Of a DNA stretch of 64,000 nt, positions 39,246 through 53,300 are shown piece by piece. This stretch comes from Lingula anatina (Eukaryota; Animalia; Brachiopoda), in the NCBI GenBank assembly GCA_051362555.1, contig CM120647.1, forward strand, positions 18,948,651-19,012,650, written 5' to 3'. Position numbers and translations under genes: made by a program. Numbering within the stretch: the stretch's first letter is position 1; every line of letters begins with the position of its first letter. The notes beneath the pieces were generated by a model. The model was not told where the DNA came from and searched no databases. It saw only the letters and a list, made by a program, of their open reading frames with translations.

Positions 39246-42200
39246 CTACATGTAAAAATCCCACACCGCTGCCACCATCACCATCAACATCAAAAGTGTA
39301 ACGTTACCGATATGGATGTTTCCTCGGTTCTGCTTGGGGGTTGTGATCGGTGTCTTGCCAGAAAATGGCGGCACGGAGCTGTGGGTCGTGTTGTTCTTTG
39401 TGCACGCGGAGAACGATCCTAAACGTATACCGATAGGCCCTCCAGATATCTCCAACTGCACTTTTTGCAGAGCATTTTCCATCCATGCTTGCACTTGGTT
39501 AAACACGTTACGACCTTCCTCGTAGTGGGCTAGTGTCGTGTGAAGAGTGACCATTGTTTCAAGGACAAAGGTGATGGACGTGTTATCCTCGCCGTGTTTC
39601 TGACTACAGAAATGAGCACGTGCCTGTACAGATTTCAGTATATCTGTTAATTGACGAGTACGCGCAATATCCATACAGCCATCTTTTGGTGATGGAGCCC
39701 AGCCACATGGTTCAAAATGTAAAGGGATGATGGACTTTACTACCGTAAAATTGTAAAAAAGGGCGCGGCAGCCCTGGTCATCAGGGAGAAAACCAGGGGG
39801 GCACATTATCTGCTGATCTAAAGACTGAAAAAAAAATACAGGCACAATTAAGGACAGCAGTTTACATCCAGAAAAAAATACTAACAATAATTACATTAGA
39901 ATATTAATATAACCATTGAGGGTAAGGATTACTGAAGATATCAAATATATTTATCTGCTATCATTATGATTATTGTTGTTCGTTTTCTCACCCTAATCAT
40001 CCCGTCATCACTCTGTCTCCTGTCTTGGTCTCCCAGGTACAATAGGGCACGGAAAGAAAGACCGAAGAATCTCTCTGATGGCGGCGGGACATTCTCATCT
40101 GAAAAAAATAATATAATGAATTAATTAGATGACATGTAAGCTTGCCAAACACTCAACAATGCGTTGTTCCACTAATCAGGTCTATGTAGTCTAAACTATT
40201 CGCTTTAGGAGGGCGGAGTCGAAATTAACACGTCTTTCATCTCGGGTTTCGTGAGTAAGATGTCACATCTTAGACTTTAAAAAGTGAAAACTTATTTGAA
40301 TTGAAATTTCACCCTTATCCAATAATGTTATTTCCATCCTCATAAATTGAATCAAATAAAAATGCACATGTTCAAATGAACTTAAACAGTTTCGTTGAGG
40401 CTAGGACGAGGGCGAAGTGGATAAACATACCTTTAGGCAACATATCAAATATAAGATAAACAAAAATATTGGTAACATATCAGCTCTTAGACTCAAGAAA
40501 ATGTAAATATTATCTTTAGAAAACTTGCATTTAATTTTGAAGGTTCAAAAAACTTGAACGTTGAGAAAATCAGGAAGGCGAGTTGCCCATGCTTATAATT
40601 AACACCATCAATGTACTTTTCTGACATTTTCCATATGAATTTTCTAATAACAAAACGCAACACTCACCTCCACAGACGGTAAAACCCCCATAACAAAGCA
40701 AGCAGTGGTAGTTCTTGTAACTTTCATCAAAACCGCTTAGAACAACAGGATTGTTGTACGCCATGCAGGCATCTCGTAAAGCTGAGTGCAAGGGGAGTGG
40801 ACGAGGCACATGGCGCACGCTTCCATTGATAAAATGGAACTTGCAAGGACCTAAGGCATCCTCCTCAGCTTCCCGGAAGCATGTCCTTAAATTCCATTCC
40901 GGTTTAGGCACGAAAATACCATGACTCCCGGTGTCTTTCAGTTTTCTTAAAACACATTCCGAGGAGCTGCAGTTAACAAACTGATCGATCACTGCTCTCT
41001 TCTCATACACGACAAGTCCCCACGGTTCCACGCCATTCTTGATACCATTACACGCTGCACAGTACTTGTTTCTGAAGGTGATCATTGTATCTGGGTCGGT
41101 AACTGGCTGGTACAACAGTGCGTTTTCTGTGATGCTAGTACTTGAGATATCAGTGCACTTCATATGACTTTTCTCCTCCAGCCAAGACGGCGGGCATTGG
41201 TCCACCATCCAAAATCTCAGTCCATGAATGTCCACATAGCCTAACCCGCCTTGTGGGTTTTGTCGATGTAATGTTGGAGATTTCCTGCAAGAGCTTTTAT
41301 GTGCCAGAGAAACAGACGCAGGATCGAGTTGGTTTATAACTCTTATCCAAGAGGATGAATTGTTTGGGGATGCAGTCGAAGTGGTGCTGTTACTATGAGT
41401 TTCTCTTAAGCTTGTTTTATGCGCACTTGTTAATCTGACAGATGCAGCGCACACTGTCGCGTTTCCTGTCACCCCATAACAGCAGTCATCATACAGGACG
41501 CACAGCGGGTCACAGTTGCAGTGGACCTTAATGCTGAGTTGACGATATCCCATTTTTGCACAGAGCCAACTGTACGGCGTGAGAGTCACATCTGAGGAAA
41601 AAGACGTTTCACTGCTGTTGGTAGAAATGCCCCGCAATGTATCCTCTTGACTGGGTGGCTCCTGCGAAACCTCCGCGAGCATTCCACCCTCAGTACTGAG
41701 TGATACTTGTGTGATTTCTGCGTGCATTCCATCCTCAGTAGTGGGCAACTCTTGAGTGACGTCCACGTGTATTACATCCTCAGTAGTTAGTGACTCTTCT
41801 GTGACATTCACGTGCATTTCACCCTTAGTAATGGGCGACTCTTGTGTGACATCCACGTGCATTCCACCCTCAGTAGTGGGCGACTCTTGTGTGACATCCA
41901 CGTGCATTCCACCCTCAGTAGTGGGCGACTCTTGTGTGACGTCCACGTGCATTCCACACTCAGTAGTGGGCGTCTCTTGTGTGACCTCCACATGCATTCC
42001 ACCCTCAGTAATGGGCGATTCTAGTGTGACGCCCAGGTGCATTCCACCCTCAGTAATGGGCGACTCTTGTGTGACATCCACGTACATTCCACCCTCAGTA
42101 AAGGACGACTCTTTTGTGACATCCACGTGCATTCCACCCTCAGTAGTGGGCGACTCTTGTGTGACGTCCACGTGCATTCCACCCTCAGTAGTGGGCGTCT

Positions 42201-44997
42201 CTTGTGTGACATCCACGTGCATTCCACCCTCAGTAATGGGCGATTCTAGTGTGACGCCCACGTGCATTCCACCCTCAGTAATGGGCGACTCTTGTGTGAC
42301 ATCCACGTACATTCCACCCTCAGTAAAGGGCGACTCTTTTGTGACATCCACGTGCATTCCACCCTCAGTAGTGGGCGTCTCTTGTGTGACATCCACGTGC
42401 ATTCCACCCTCAGTAGTGGGCGTCTCTTGTGTGATGTCCACGTGCATTTCACCCTCAGTAATGGGCGACTCTAGTGTGACGCCCACGTGCTTTCCACCCT
42501 CAGTACTGGGCGACACCTGTGTAGTACCTGCGTGCGTTCCACCGTCAGTAGTGGGCGACTCTTGTGTAGTCCCTGCGTGCGTTCCACCGTCAGTAGTGGG
42601 CGACTCTTGTGTAGTACCTGCGTGCGTTCCACCCTCAGTAGTGAGCGACTCTTGTGTAGTTCCTGCGTGCGTTCCACTCTCAGTAGTGGGAGACTCATGT
42701 TCGACGTTTACGTGTCTTCCAAGCTCAGTAGTGGGCGTCTCTTGTGTAACTTCCACGTGAATTCCACCCTCAGTAGTGGGCAACTGTTGTGTGACGTCCG
42801 CGTGCATTCTACCCTCAGTAGTGGGCGACTCCCGTGTAGAACCTGCATGCGTTCCATGCGTTCCACTGGGCGACTCTAGTGTGACGCCCACGTGCATTCC
42901 ACCCTCAGTAGTGGGCGTCTCTTGTGTGACATCCACGTGCATTCCACCCTCAGTAATGGGCGACTCTAGTGTGACGCCCACGTGCATTCCACCCTCAGTA
43001 ATGGGCGACTCTTGTGTGACATCCACGTACATTCCACCCTCAGTAATGGGCGACACCTGTGTTGTACCTGCGTGCGTTCCACCCTCAGTTGTGGGCGACT
43101 CTTGTGTAGTACCTGTGTGCGTTCCACCCTCAGTAGTGAGCGACTCTTGCGTAGTACCTGCGTGCGTTCCACCCTCAGTAGTGGGCGTCTCTTGTGTGAC
43201 GTCCACGTGCTTTCCACCCTCAGTACTGGGCGACACCTGTGTAGTACCTGCGTGCGTTCCACCCTCAGTTGTGGGCGACTCTTGTGTAGTTCCTTCGTGT
43301 GTTCCACCGTCAGTAGTGAGCGACTCTTGTGTAGTACCCGCGTGCGTTCCACTCTCAGTAGTGGGCGTCTCTTGTGTAACTTCCACGTGAATTCCACCCT
43401 CAGTAGTGGGCAACTCTTGTGTGACGTCCACGTGCGTTCCACTTTCAGTAGTGGGCGACTCCCGTGTAGAACCTGCATGCGTTCCACCGTCAAAAGTGGG
43501 CGAGTCTTGTGTAGTACCTGCGGGCGTTTCACCCTCAGTAGTGGGAGACTCTTGTGTAGTAGGCCTACCTGCGAGTGTTCCATCTTGAGTAGTGAGAGAC
43601 TCTTGTGTGACGTCCAAGTTCTTCCCTCCTTCAGTAGGGGGTGAGTCTTGTGTGAATTCAACGTGTATTCCGCCCTCAGTAGTGGGCGACTCTTGTGTGG
43701 TACCTGCGTGCGTTCCACCCTCAGTAGTGGGTGACTCTTGTGTGGTACCTGCGTGCGTACCACCCTCAGTAGTGGGCGACTCTTGTGTGGTACCTGCGTG
43801 CATTCCGCCCTCAGTAGTGAAAGATTCTTGTGTAGTCCCTGCGTGCTTTCCACCCTCAGTACTGGGCGACACCTGTGTAGTACCTGCGTGCGTTCCACCC
43901 TCAGTAGTGGGCGACTCTTGTGTAGTCCCTGCGTGCGTTCCACCGTCAGTAGTGGGCGACTCTTGTGTAGTACCTGCGTGCGTTCCACCCTCAGTAGTGA
44001 GCGACTCTTGTGTAGTTCCTGCGTGCGTTCCACTCTCAGTAGTGGGAGACTCATGTTCGACGTTTACGTGTATTCCACGCTCAGTAGTGGGCGTCTCTCG
44101 TGTTACTTCCACGTGAATTCCACCCTCACTAGTGGGCAACTCTTGTGTGACGTCAACGTTCATTCCATCCTCAGTAGCGGGAGACTCTTGTGTGACGTCC
44201 ACTTTCTTCCCTCCTTCAGTAGGGGGTGAGTCTTGTGTGAATTCAACGTGTATTCCACCCTCAGTAGTGGGCGACTCTTGTGTGGTACCTGCGTGCATTT
44301 CATCCTCAGTAGTGGGAGACTCTTGTGTAGTACCTGCGGGCGTTCCACCCTCAGTAGTGGGCGACTCCTGTGTGGTAATTGCGGGGGTACCACTCTCAGT
44401 AGTGGGCGACTCTTGTGTGGTACCTGCGTGCATTCCAACCTCAGTAGTGGGAGACTCTTGTGTAGTAGGCCTACCTGCGAGTGTTCTATCCTGAGTAGTG
44501 GGAGACCCTTGTGTGACGTCCACGTTCTTCCCTCCTTCAGTAGGGGGTGAGTCTTGTGTGAATTCAACGTGTATTCCACCCTCAGTAGTGGGAGACTCTT
44601 GTGTGACGTCCACGTTCTTCCCTCCTTCAGTATGGGATGAGTCTTGTGTGAATTCAACGTGCATTCCACCCTCAGTAGTGGGAGACTCTTGTGTGACGTC
44701 CAAGTTCTTCCCTCCTTCAGTAGGGGGTGAGTCTTGTGTGAATTCAACGTGTATTCCACCCTCAGTAGTGGGAGGTTGCTGTGTGGTTGACGCCATCATT
44801 TCTTCTTCAAGAGAAGATAATCCTCTTCTGATTCTTACCGGTGTTTCGTTCACTAAACCCGGTGCCTCTTGGGTGAATCTCTCAGATTGGCCCTCTTCAT
44901 GGGAATTAAAGAGCATGACATCTGTGGGCTGATTAATCAACAGCGCGCATAAAGTGAGGTGAGAAATCAACATACTTCTTAAAATGTAACTCTCCAT
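39246..44997 (-). CDS. Secreted or surface mucin-like protein with ~68 acidic 15-aa repeats, somatomedin-B-like and Cys-rich domains, and a hydrophobic C-terminus (possible GPI anchor); 3 exons, ~1671 aa
   Basis: Exons 44997-40668, 40098-39992 and 39824-39246 (phases 1/0, total 5016 nt). N-terminal hydrophobic leader, RIRR furin-type site, repeats TQESPTTEGG(T/M/I)H(AGT/VDV), CNCDPLCVLYDDCC, TFRNKYCAACNG, YKNYHCLLC, and terminal LLMLMVMVAAVW. Confidence 0.88.
41680..44780 (-). repeat. Coding 45-bp minisatellite
   Basis: Plus-strand unit ttccaccctcagtagtgggcgactcttgtgtgacatccacgtgca and variants. Indels are multiples of 3. Confidence 0.97.
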
Positions 44998-47900
44998 GCA
45001 GCAACTGCAAATGGAAGTGTCACAAACCAGTGCCCGCTGATGTTTTATATCGCTCACGCCCTGTCTTGGCAGAGTTCATTTCACATTTCGTTGACCAATA
45101 GATGAGGACTTTCGTTGATTTATACCATAACATACATGGTGTGGTCACGCTACAGCCACGGACGACTACATATAATGGTACATGTACATGTATTTAGGAG
45201 TAACTTTAAAAATTACAAACCAATAATATTTACACTGAGATAATATGTGAAAAGACACTGCATAATAAAATTAGAGAGAATGTGTTAATTATGGAGGTGA
45301 TGCACCAATACTTGTCGTTCGAATCTTTGCATCCTATTCCAGTTTATTTGAGTTCAAAAGCGCTAATTAGGTACAAGCTTGACAGTATGAAGTTTCAGAG
45401 TCGTTTTAGGACTTGTAACCCTATAGATCAGTCACGCTTATGGGAATAATTAGTTTGCTTACAATTGCCATCGTTTGACCTGTCATTGACGTACATCTAG
45501 CACTAATACCGAATTAGATATCATTAGTATTGTTCATACTTGTCATCCAAGTCTACCAGATAATGAAAAATTAACAGGATCTGAGATGTTTTTGCGGACT
45601 GACCCTGCTTGACTGCAATACGTGACGCCAAGCCGTCCGCAAAAAAAAAAACAAAACAAAACAGATTAAATTTGAAATATGACTATTTGAACATCATCGT
45701 CAAAAGAGTTGATAATAAAGTTCCCTACGTAATTCCAGAACTTGCACATAATACAGAAAAGGCATAGTCACGCCATGAGAATGTCGCACAAAGTTCACCA
45801 GATGTGACAGGTTTTCTTGACAATCAAGCCCACAATTTCTAGAAGATAAACAGCACATTACACGTATACGTTTACATGCATTGAAACCCCTTTCACTTGA
45901 TAATTCAAGTTTATTTTGTTTATTAAAATAATATTTGTAAATTGATTACATATCCCTCATAACAAAGGGTGCCAGTTCTTTCTTGCTTAAAATGTGCATT
46001 TTTTATCTTAATGATTCATTTAAATACTGTACATTTCTCTATGAAATAAGAGAAATAAATTTGATTGTGAACATGCTGCTTCGGCATCTGCGTGATTTAC
46101 ATACTCTTCCAAGTTCAAGTTATCTTTCTTCAATGCACCCTAAGTGTTAATACTCATTTTTTGGTGCAACATTATCACAATTAAAAGTTACTGGTGAATG
46201 AGCTTGGGCACTTCTTCTAACTCAAAAATCATTTCCTTGGTTTTTCAAACATTTAATTGCAAGCAATGTTCATCACACTGTTTGCTAACACACACTGATT
46301 GGTTTTCGATATGTTGACTCATCGTTATTTTCAATCATGCCTAAGATAACAGTATCATCAGCACATTTACTATTTTCTACAATTTTCATTGCTACTTGTC
46401 ATACAGTCTGCATATAAAACGGAGAGAAATGCAGATAATACACCACCCGGGAGGGGGGGGGCAGAATTTATGGTTATATTGGGAGACAATTCATGTGCGG
46501 TTTTAACATACTGAATTCTACCTGTAAGAAAATCTAATATCCATAAACGATATGTTGCTGGTACATTATACTGACAAAATTGATCTATTATAACGGTTGC
46601 GTTGAAAGGTTGATCAACATTTATGCAAGGTTTTATAATGTAGATTCATTCAACGAACATGATAAAAAAAAAAGCAGTTACCCATCTGAAGGCTTAAGTA
46701 GAGAGTTCAGGTCAGAATATTATTATCGTAACGTTCTGAGTAACATTGATATGTAGAGATCATGTACACCTGATAGGATTAGTGGTAAATTACGTAAATG
46801 GTTTTTCATTTATCATACGTAATTTGTTTCAATAGTCACTTTCCTTGTGTATATTACCTCGTCTATGGAAGACAAACTGCGCGCTCGTTTTCAAGGGCGT
46901 TGCGCTGCCTAGACGGAAGTAAGTTGAGTTCATTGATACCACTGCTGTTTTGTTTCTTTCACACACAGTGCACTTGAAATCATATGTCAACCGAAAAACC
47001 GCATACCTTGGCTGAATTTCTGCGTCCCAAGTGTGGCCACTTGATATCGTACAGCTGCTGAGCATACATTTGCCCGGATTTTAGTACACATCAAAATGCT
47101 CACCTAATCTGGGCAAAGGTAAGCTAAGCACCTGTGTTATATACCATGGGCACATTTGGGACGAAGAAAACCAAAATATAAAGTTATTCAGTGCACAAAT
47201 TATTTCACATATATCCGTGCGTACAAGAGACAAATTAGCAGACTAATGAACGAACACTACGGCAGTTCACTTGTCTGTCCTGACTCCGTGTGGCATTTTA
47301 ATGTAAAAGTACATAATTACACAGGTCGTGACAGTTGTGACCTCGTTTATTGCTGGTTGTCGCCAGTTATGCAATGTTAGGCTATGCTTGCTTGTTTTCA
47401 GTTTCAAAATAAATTTAAAAAAACAGAAAAAAAAAGACACACTCGATGACAAGAAATCGTTAAATGCAAAACGTTTTTTTTTTATTTCGTTCTTACTACA
47501 TGTAAATAAAGATGTCCGTTTCGAATAAAGTTTAAATGTTCAGGGTATTCTTCCTGTACGTCATCACAAGCGTGGGAGGCAAGTGTGACGCAAAATGACT
47601 CAAGTGGGAATCACTTTTACCGTGCGTTGCATTCTCTTTTTAGAGGTGAGTGCACGCCACGTGCAAGTAAAATCAAGAAATAAGCGCGCCTTGCAATTAG
47701 AGCCCCTTCTTAAAAAGGACTTGCTACGTTGCCCCCGCGACTGGCAAAGCAGACTTGCGCCTTTCCATTGCAACCTTCCCTCTATCTCTACGCCCTCCAC
47801 TGCACCCGAAATTCACAGGAGACGTAAGTACCTAAAACTGGCGCGTCTGCTCGTGACCGAGGCTTTCCGCCATTCAGTGGAAAACATCTGCCAAACGACA

Positions 47901-50390
47901 TCGATTACAGAAAAATCTGTCAAGAGAAAATGATGACAACCAGGTGAATGATGATCAGGGAGATCTTGAACAGTTGATTGCAGAGCTTTTGTCAAGTGAA
48001 CCTGATATATGTACCCGGTATAAGTACTATCTGAGAGTGAATTATCTTCGTATAGCAACTGGCGTCAAAATAGCTCGATTTTGATAGCAACCAAAAGTTA
48101 CAAAAAGATAGACGCGTAAATAAAAAAAAAAAAAACGCATTAAGATCGAATTTAAAAACTTTTTAAAGGAAGAAGAAAAAAGTCTTACGTTATCTTTCCG
48201 TTTTAATTTTAGACACATTGGAGCTAGATCGAATGTTATACCTGGTGTCACTTTAAAATTTTAAAAGATTGACAGGTCATTAAAAATCACCTGTGGTTTA
48301 TCTGAGGGTATATAAAGCGAAAAAGCTTACTTTCACCAGTGCATCGAAATTTGATAAGCAGCAAAAATTATTATTAGCGCACTTCACTGAATGGATTCTA
48401 CTATATTTCACTGCCCGCTTGTTAACCGAGGGTGCCACGAGGGTGCCACACAGGTCAATCCTATCAAACAACCTAGCGAAGAAGACTTCGGCACAATTGC
48501 ACAAGATCCGATGTCACTGAGCTTGTCATAATCGATGAACAAGAAAATCGATAGATAACAAGAACAAATTGAAGAATGACATTCAGGAAATATAAGACGT
48601 TTAAGTAAAAAAAAATGTTTATACAAACCAGTTACCTTCACTTTAGTAATACATGTAAGTATACAATCTTCGATTCCTGAGATTCGTTTTCACACATCGT
48701 ATCTGGAGTCGTTTTGGCAATCAAATGCAAACTGCAACCGAGAAAAAACGCCAATACGCCTTTGGAACGCTGTGAAGAACAAACGAAGTAGGATATTACA
48801 CTATATTGAAATTGCATAACTAAATTGCCCCTGGCTTAGTGGGACCGATGTTAGATTGCTTAAGCCCCCTTCACACTGGTCGGCGTCCTTTCTGCGTCCC
48901 GTAGTACATGTTTATAATACTATTATTCTTAGTGTTATAAAATCCATTATTCAATTAGTTTTTTATATTCTTGCCAGAATTTCCTCCTTAATCTTATAAA
49001 AAGAAAAATATTGAGCCAATGATTATAATTTTAAAGCGGTTCTAGACTTCGACTTGCTTTCAAATGGAAGACAACCCTTTTTTTGACAGCTTTTGTTGCG
49101 ACCCAGACTATATTTAATAACAATAGTGAAACAGACACGTATTTCTGATCCATCAACCAAGTGAAATGCTTGCTTAGTGAGATTGATATGGTCCCTCTAT
49201 ACATTATCGTGACTTCGCCCAATTAATGTCACTGTCACAACTTCCGTTTACATTCAAAGGCTGCAGGTGTGTAAACGAAATTGTTCTTGTTTACCTGTCT
49301 TGTTCTTTCTTTCTTTCTTTCTTTCTTTACTTACTTAATTATTTATTTATATGTTTTTATTTATTACGAAATAAAGGAACTCTAAAGCAACTACCAAAAG
49401 TTGCGATTGGTACATGTACAACTTTAATTGGGAAATGAGTGTAATATAAATGAACCGCTCACTTGTGCTGCGTCTATTACTGCGTCGATTACTTGATGTT
49501 GTCGCATTTCCGGGAAGATGCTCTTTCCTGTGATGTGTATCATGTACCAATTAGTAATCGTTAAATTCACATCTACAACGGCTATTCTTATCAATCCCTC
49601 GCTACCAGTGGTCTTAGCTTTCACTGACCAGTCATCGCAACGTGGACAGAAATCGTGAACATCTCATAATGGAAATGAAATTCAAATCAAGTCTTACCTG
49701 TATAGTCAATTTCATAGTTAACGAGGGCTTCGAGTCTGGTTGGAGCACTTTGAAAGAATTTGTCAGGTGCACGGTAAGAAATTTTTATTTCTTTTATTTT
49801 ATTATTTATTTATTTATTTATTTATTTTTGTGGGGGGGGGGGATTTTGTTTGATTCGTAAATAGCTGTTATTTATCAGGTGACTGGGCGTTGAAGGGGTT
49901 CCACCCATGATTTATCTTACCAAAGCGAATTACGCCTAGAAAACAGTCATTTTCTCTTACTCGAGAATCATTGTTGGGCCTGATCCCGATCCTACTCAGT
50001 TTAGATTTAATTTATACATGCATGCATATATGGTTTTTATAGATAGTCCCTCCCCTTAGCGTATGTGTATGTTTCACGCAAACACACGGCCTACGTGTTA
50101 GATTAAGTTTGAAGGTTTTGCGTCACTCTCATAGAGAATTGAAAATTAGACTCGAGAGAGTAATAATTAAAATTAAGTGGCGACACTGAATATCAGATTA
50201 ATGCGAGCGCGACAGAATCAAGCACAATATACAGGGATAATGGTATATAAAAAAGGCCAAAAAGTGCAATACTCATTTTATTTATTTATTTATTTGTCTT
50301 ACTTTATTGTACAATCCTGCTCCTGATACTCACTTCCTCTTGTATTTTACAGAGCTCCATATTCAGTGTTTGTATAAGACTGTACCTGAC

Positions 50391-53300
50391 ATGAACAAAT
50401 GGGGATGGCTCGTTGTGGTAGCTGCGCTCGTCTTGCGCTTGTGCATCCTTGCGGTTATTTCGTCGTATGGCGTTTTCTTAGAGTACTTCATCACTAAATT
50501 TCCGTCAACAGCAGTTGCCTTCTTAGGTAAATGCTGTATGCATTTTGTTAGAGTGGTCTCTCTATCGTTTGCATACCCAGGACACCTACACGTACATTTG
50601 CATCTTTGTCCCCTCTCTCTCTCTCTAAAATATAAAGATTTAATTTAAAACTTAATTGGTTCTTGTAAACTTGTGTGAAAGGCTGTGACCTGACAATAAT
50701 ATACTGCAAGAATGAGAAACGTAAATCTATGAAAAATACACTAGAATATATATCACGTTACTTATGCAATTGCGTTTAAATGTTAGAATCAATAGGAGCG
50801 GTGTCCTACGGTATTGGTGCTATGGGAGCCCCGATATCTCTCGCCTTATACAGGAAGTACAAGACACGACGAGTGGTGATCGCTGGAGTATTTGCTGCCT
50901 CTCTTGGCTTTGCTTTGACGGGAACGGTGCAAAGCCCTGGCGCAATATTCGTCACCTACGGGATCCTCCTCGGCATTGGTGCACTTTTGACCAATAACAC
51001 GTCGTTATTCCTGATTGCGCAGTACTTTAAACCGGAAAATAAATACTATGTGCTTGCCACAAGCCTGCCCGTCCCTTCCATAGCATTTGGTAAGTAGGTT
51101 TGTCATTTCCCATGTAATATTTATACGGGTAGGGCACAGATTTTAATATGCGGACACATCTACTTGGGCTGTTTTTATCTCAGTTTAATTTGGTCAGAAA
51201 CACGAGGAAGAAAATGAAAAATGAACAGATCGAAAAAAAAAACACAAAGAGATAAAAACTTACAGAAGTATTTATTGAGATGTAATCGTACTAACTGCTA
51301 CAGTGTAGCACTTCCCTTGCAACAGGTAGATAAGTTGTTGTCATAGTAACAAAACAGTAATGATTGCAATTACTGTTTACTTACAAGGAGAAATGAATAC
51401 GCATTAAGGGAGATAACATGTATCTGCAGAAAGTACTCTTGAAGCCATCTTGCTCTATATTATCAAAACAGTGGTAGTTCCTCGGGAGGAGGTACATTTG
51501 GTCTCGTGTCAACTGCTAGCTCTATGGCTATAAATATCTCTATTTTTATCCCCCCCCCCCGCACCATCCATTCAAAAATAATAAAACAGTGTGATAAGCT
51601 AAAAAAGACAAATCCAAGTAGCCTAATCTCCCCATACATTTAAAAGTCCTTTTATGTTTATACTTGCCGTGAGATACGAAGATGCAAAGCCTCTTTATGT
51701 GCTCACCCCCACCCCCATCCCCCTGCAAATCTTACCTTTCAGTTACTCCTTGTTACACAGCGTTTACATATTTTTCTAGCACTTGAACGCTTAGTTCGAG
51801 GCATCGGAAGCCAAAATGCGTTTGCCCTGCTTGGAGTAAACGCTTTCATTTGTGGAACCCTCGCTGCGTTAGCAATGGAAGAAAACGAAAATGGAGATAC
51901 CCCTCAAAACGAAAGTGTCAATGCCATGAAAGGTGGATACGACGGCGTGCCTGAACACGGAATTGGCGATTATCAAACAGGACAAAAGAACGAAGCGGAC
52001 AACGAAAAACAGTTGACAGAAACGCACCTCGATCAGAAATGCAGTGCTACAGCCGAGTCAGGGGATTCCAAGCGGGACAGAGGCAGTGCCCCTTCTAAAC
52101 CACTGGTTGTGGCTGTTTCTGTCACTATATTTCTTACCTTGTTTCTTCGAGGAGCAGTCATGCATTCTTTGCCCTTTGTTATGGTAAGTATTTAAATAGA
52201 GGTGCATGATATCCGCTTGTATAATTTAACACTGTTAGTTTGTATACATGTATGCGTTTTTGTATTTATAAATCCCGTTAATATTTGAATTTAGGTGGGT
52301 AAATGTGTGATTAATCTTGAAATTTTGATCTTGCTTTTGATTTAATTTATTTATGTGTTTTTAGAGAGAAACAAAATAAATTTTAGCATAACAATATTTT
52401 ATGTTCACATTTATGTTTGTGCTATGTCCAAACTAGTGGACGCTAGCTCGTCTTCAGCGGTATCACATTCTTTGTCAGGATATCGGCTTTAAGGTAGTTC
52501 ACCTTTTTTTTTTTCAAAAAAAAAGATGTTTTCATTTTCAAAATGATGCTCAATTTTCGTCCCTATGTGTATTTCAGGTAAAGCATTTGGTCCAGGAGTT
52601 CAATACCACTCCATTTCTGGCCGCGTCCACAGTGACGTTCTTCAACTTGTCTGACTTGTGTGGGCGGCTGACCGTGGCTTTCATCGGAGACCGCTTCTTC
52701 AAGGGACATTTGGTAGAAATGTGTGCAGTGTGCGCTCTCCTGTTGGGCGCTGGCTGCCTCGCTGCAAGGTTTGCAGTGCAGTTTTATCAGATGTTGATGT
52801 TCAATATCGGTATGTTAACGAACGACCCCTGTGTTCATTATTTCGAAGGAGACGCTGACGATTACATGTGATCACACTAACACACACACACACACACTAA
52901 CACACACACACACACACCCCCACACGCACACACACACTAACACACACACACACACACACACACATTTTATCCAAGACTTAGATATGTAGGAAACACAGCT
53001 TTAATGCATGCGTATTGATCTTCATAAAGCAATTCAGAAATTAATTATATTAAACAAACATGGTTGGTACTGGTTTATATTGTCTTGTCAACTGGTCTAC
53101 GTACAATATACCTTACCAATCAAAAGAGAAGATTTGAAGTTCATTCTTTTCTTATTTATTACGTTTAATTTAATTCTATTTCATTTCATTATATTTTCTT
53201 TTTTTTATTATATTATACATGTATATACTTTTTCCTTTGTCTTATTTTATTTTATTCATTGTATTTTTTCTTTTTCATTTTTCCGTATTACATATTAAAT

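Noticed and set aside
41756-44932. Long antisense and alternative-frame ORFs (up to 362 aa) over the minisatellite
   Set aside because: These are a by-product of a 45-bp unit with few stops. Only the main minus frame stays open throughout and joins a leader and domains.
44998-45057. GTG-initiated N-terminal extension of the 1495-aa ORF
   Set aside because: The first ATG at 44997 directly precedes the hydrophobic leader. The ORF tail below 40668 is likewise intronic.
47540-48256. GC-richer block ending ggtgtcact-TTAA, possibly a Kolobok/THAP remnant
   Set aside because: No partner TIR was located and the protein similarity is too weak to support.
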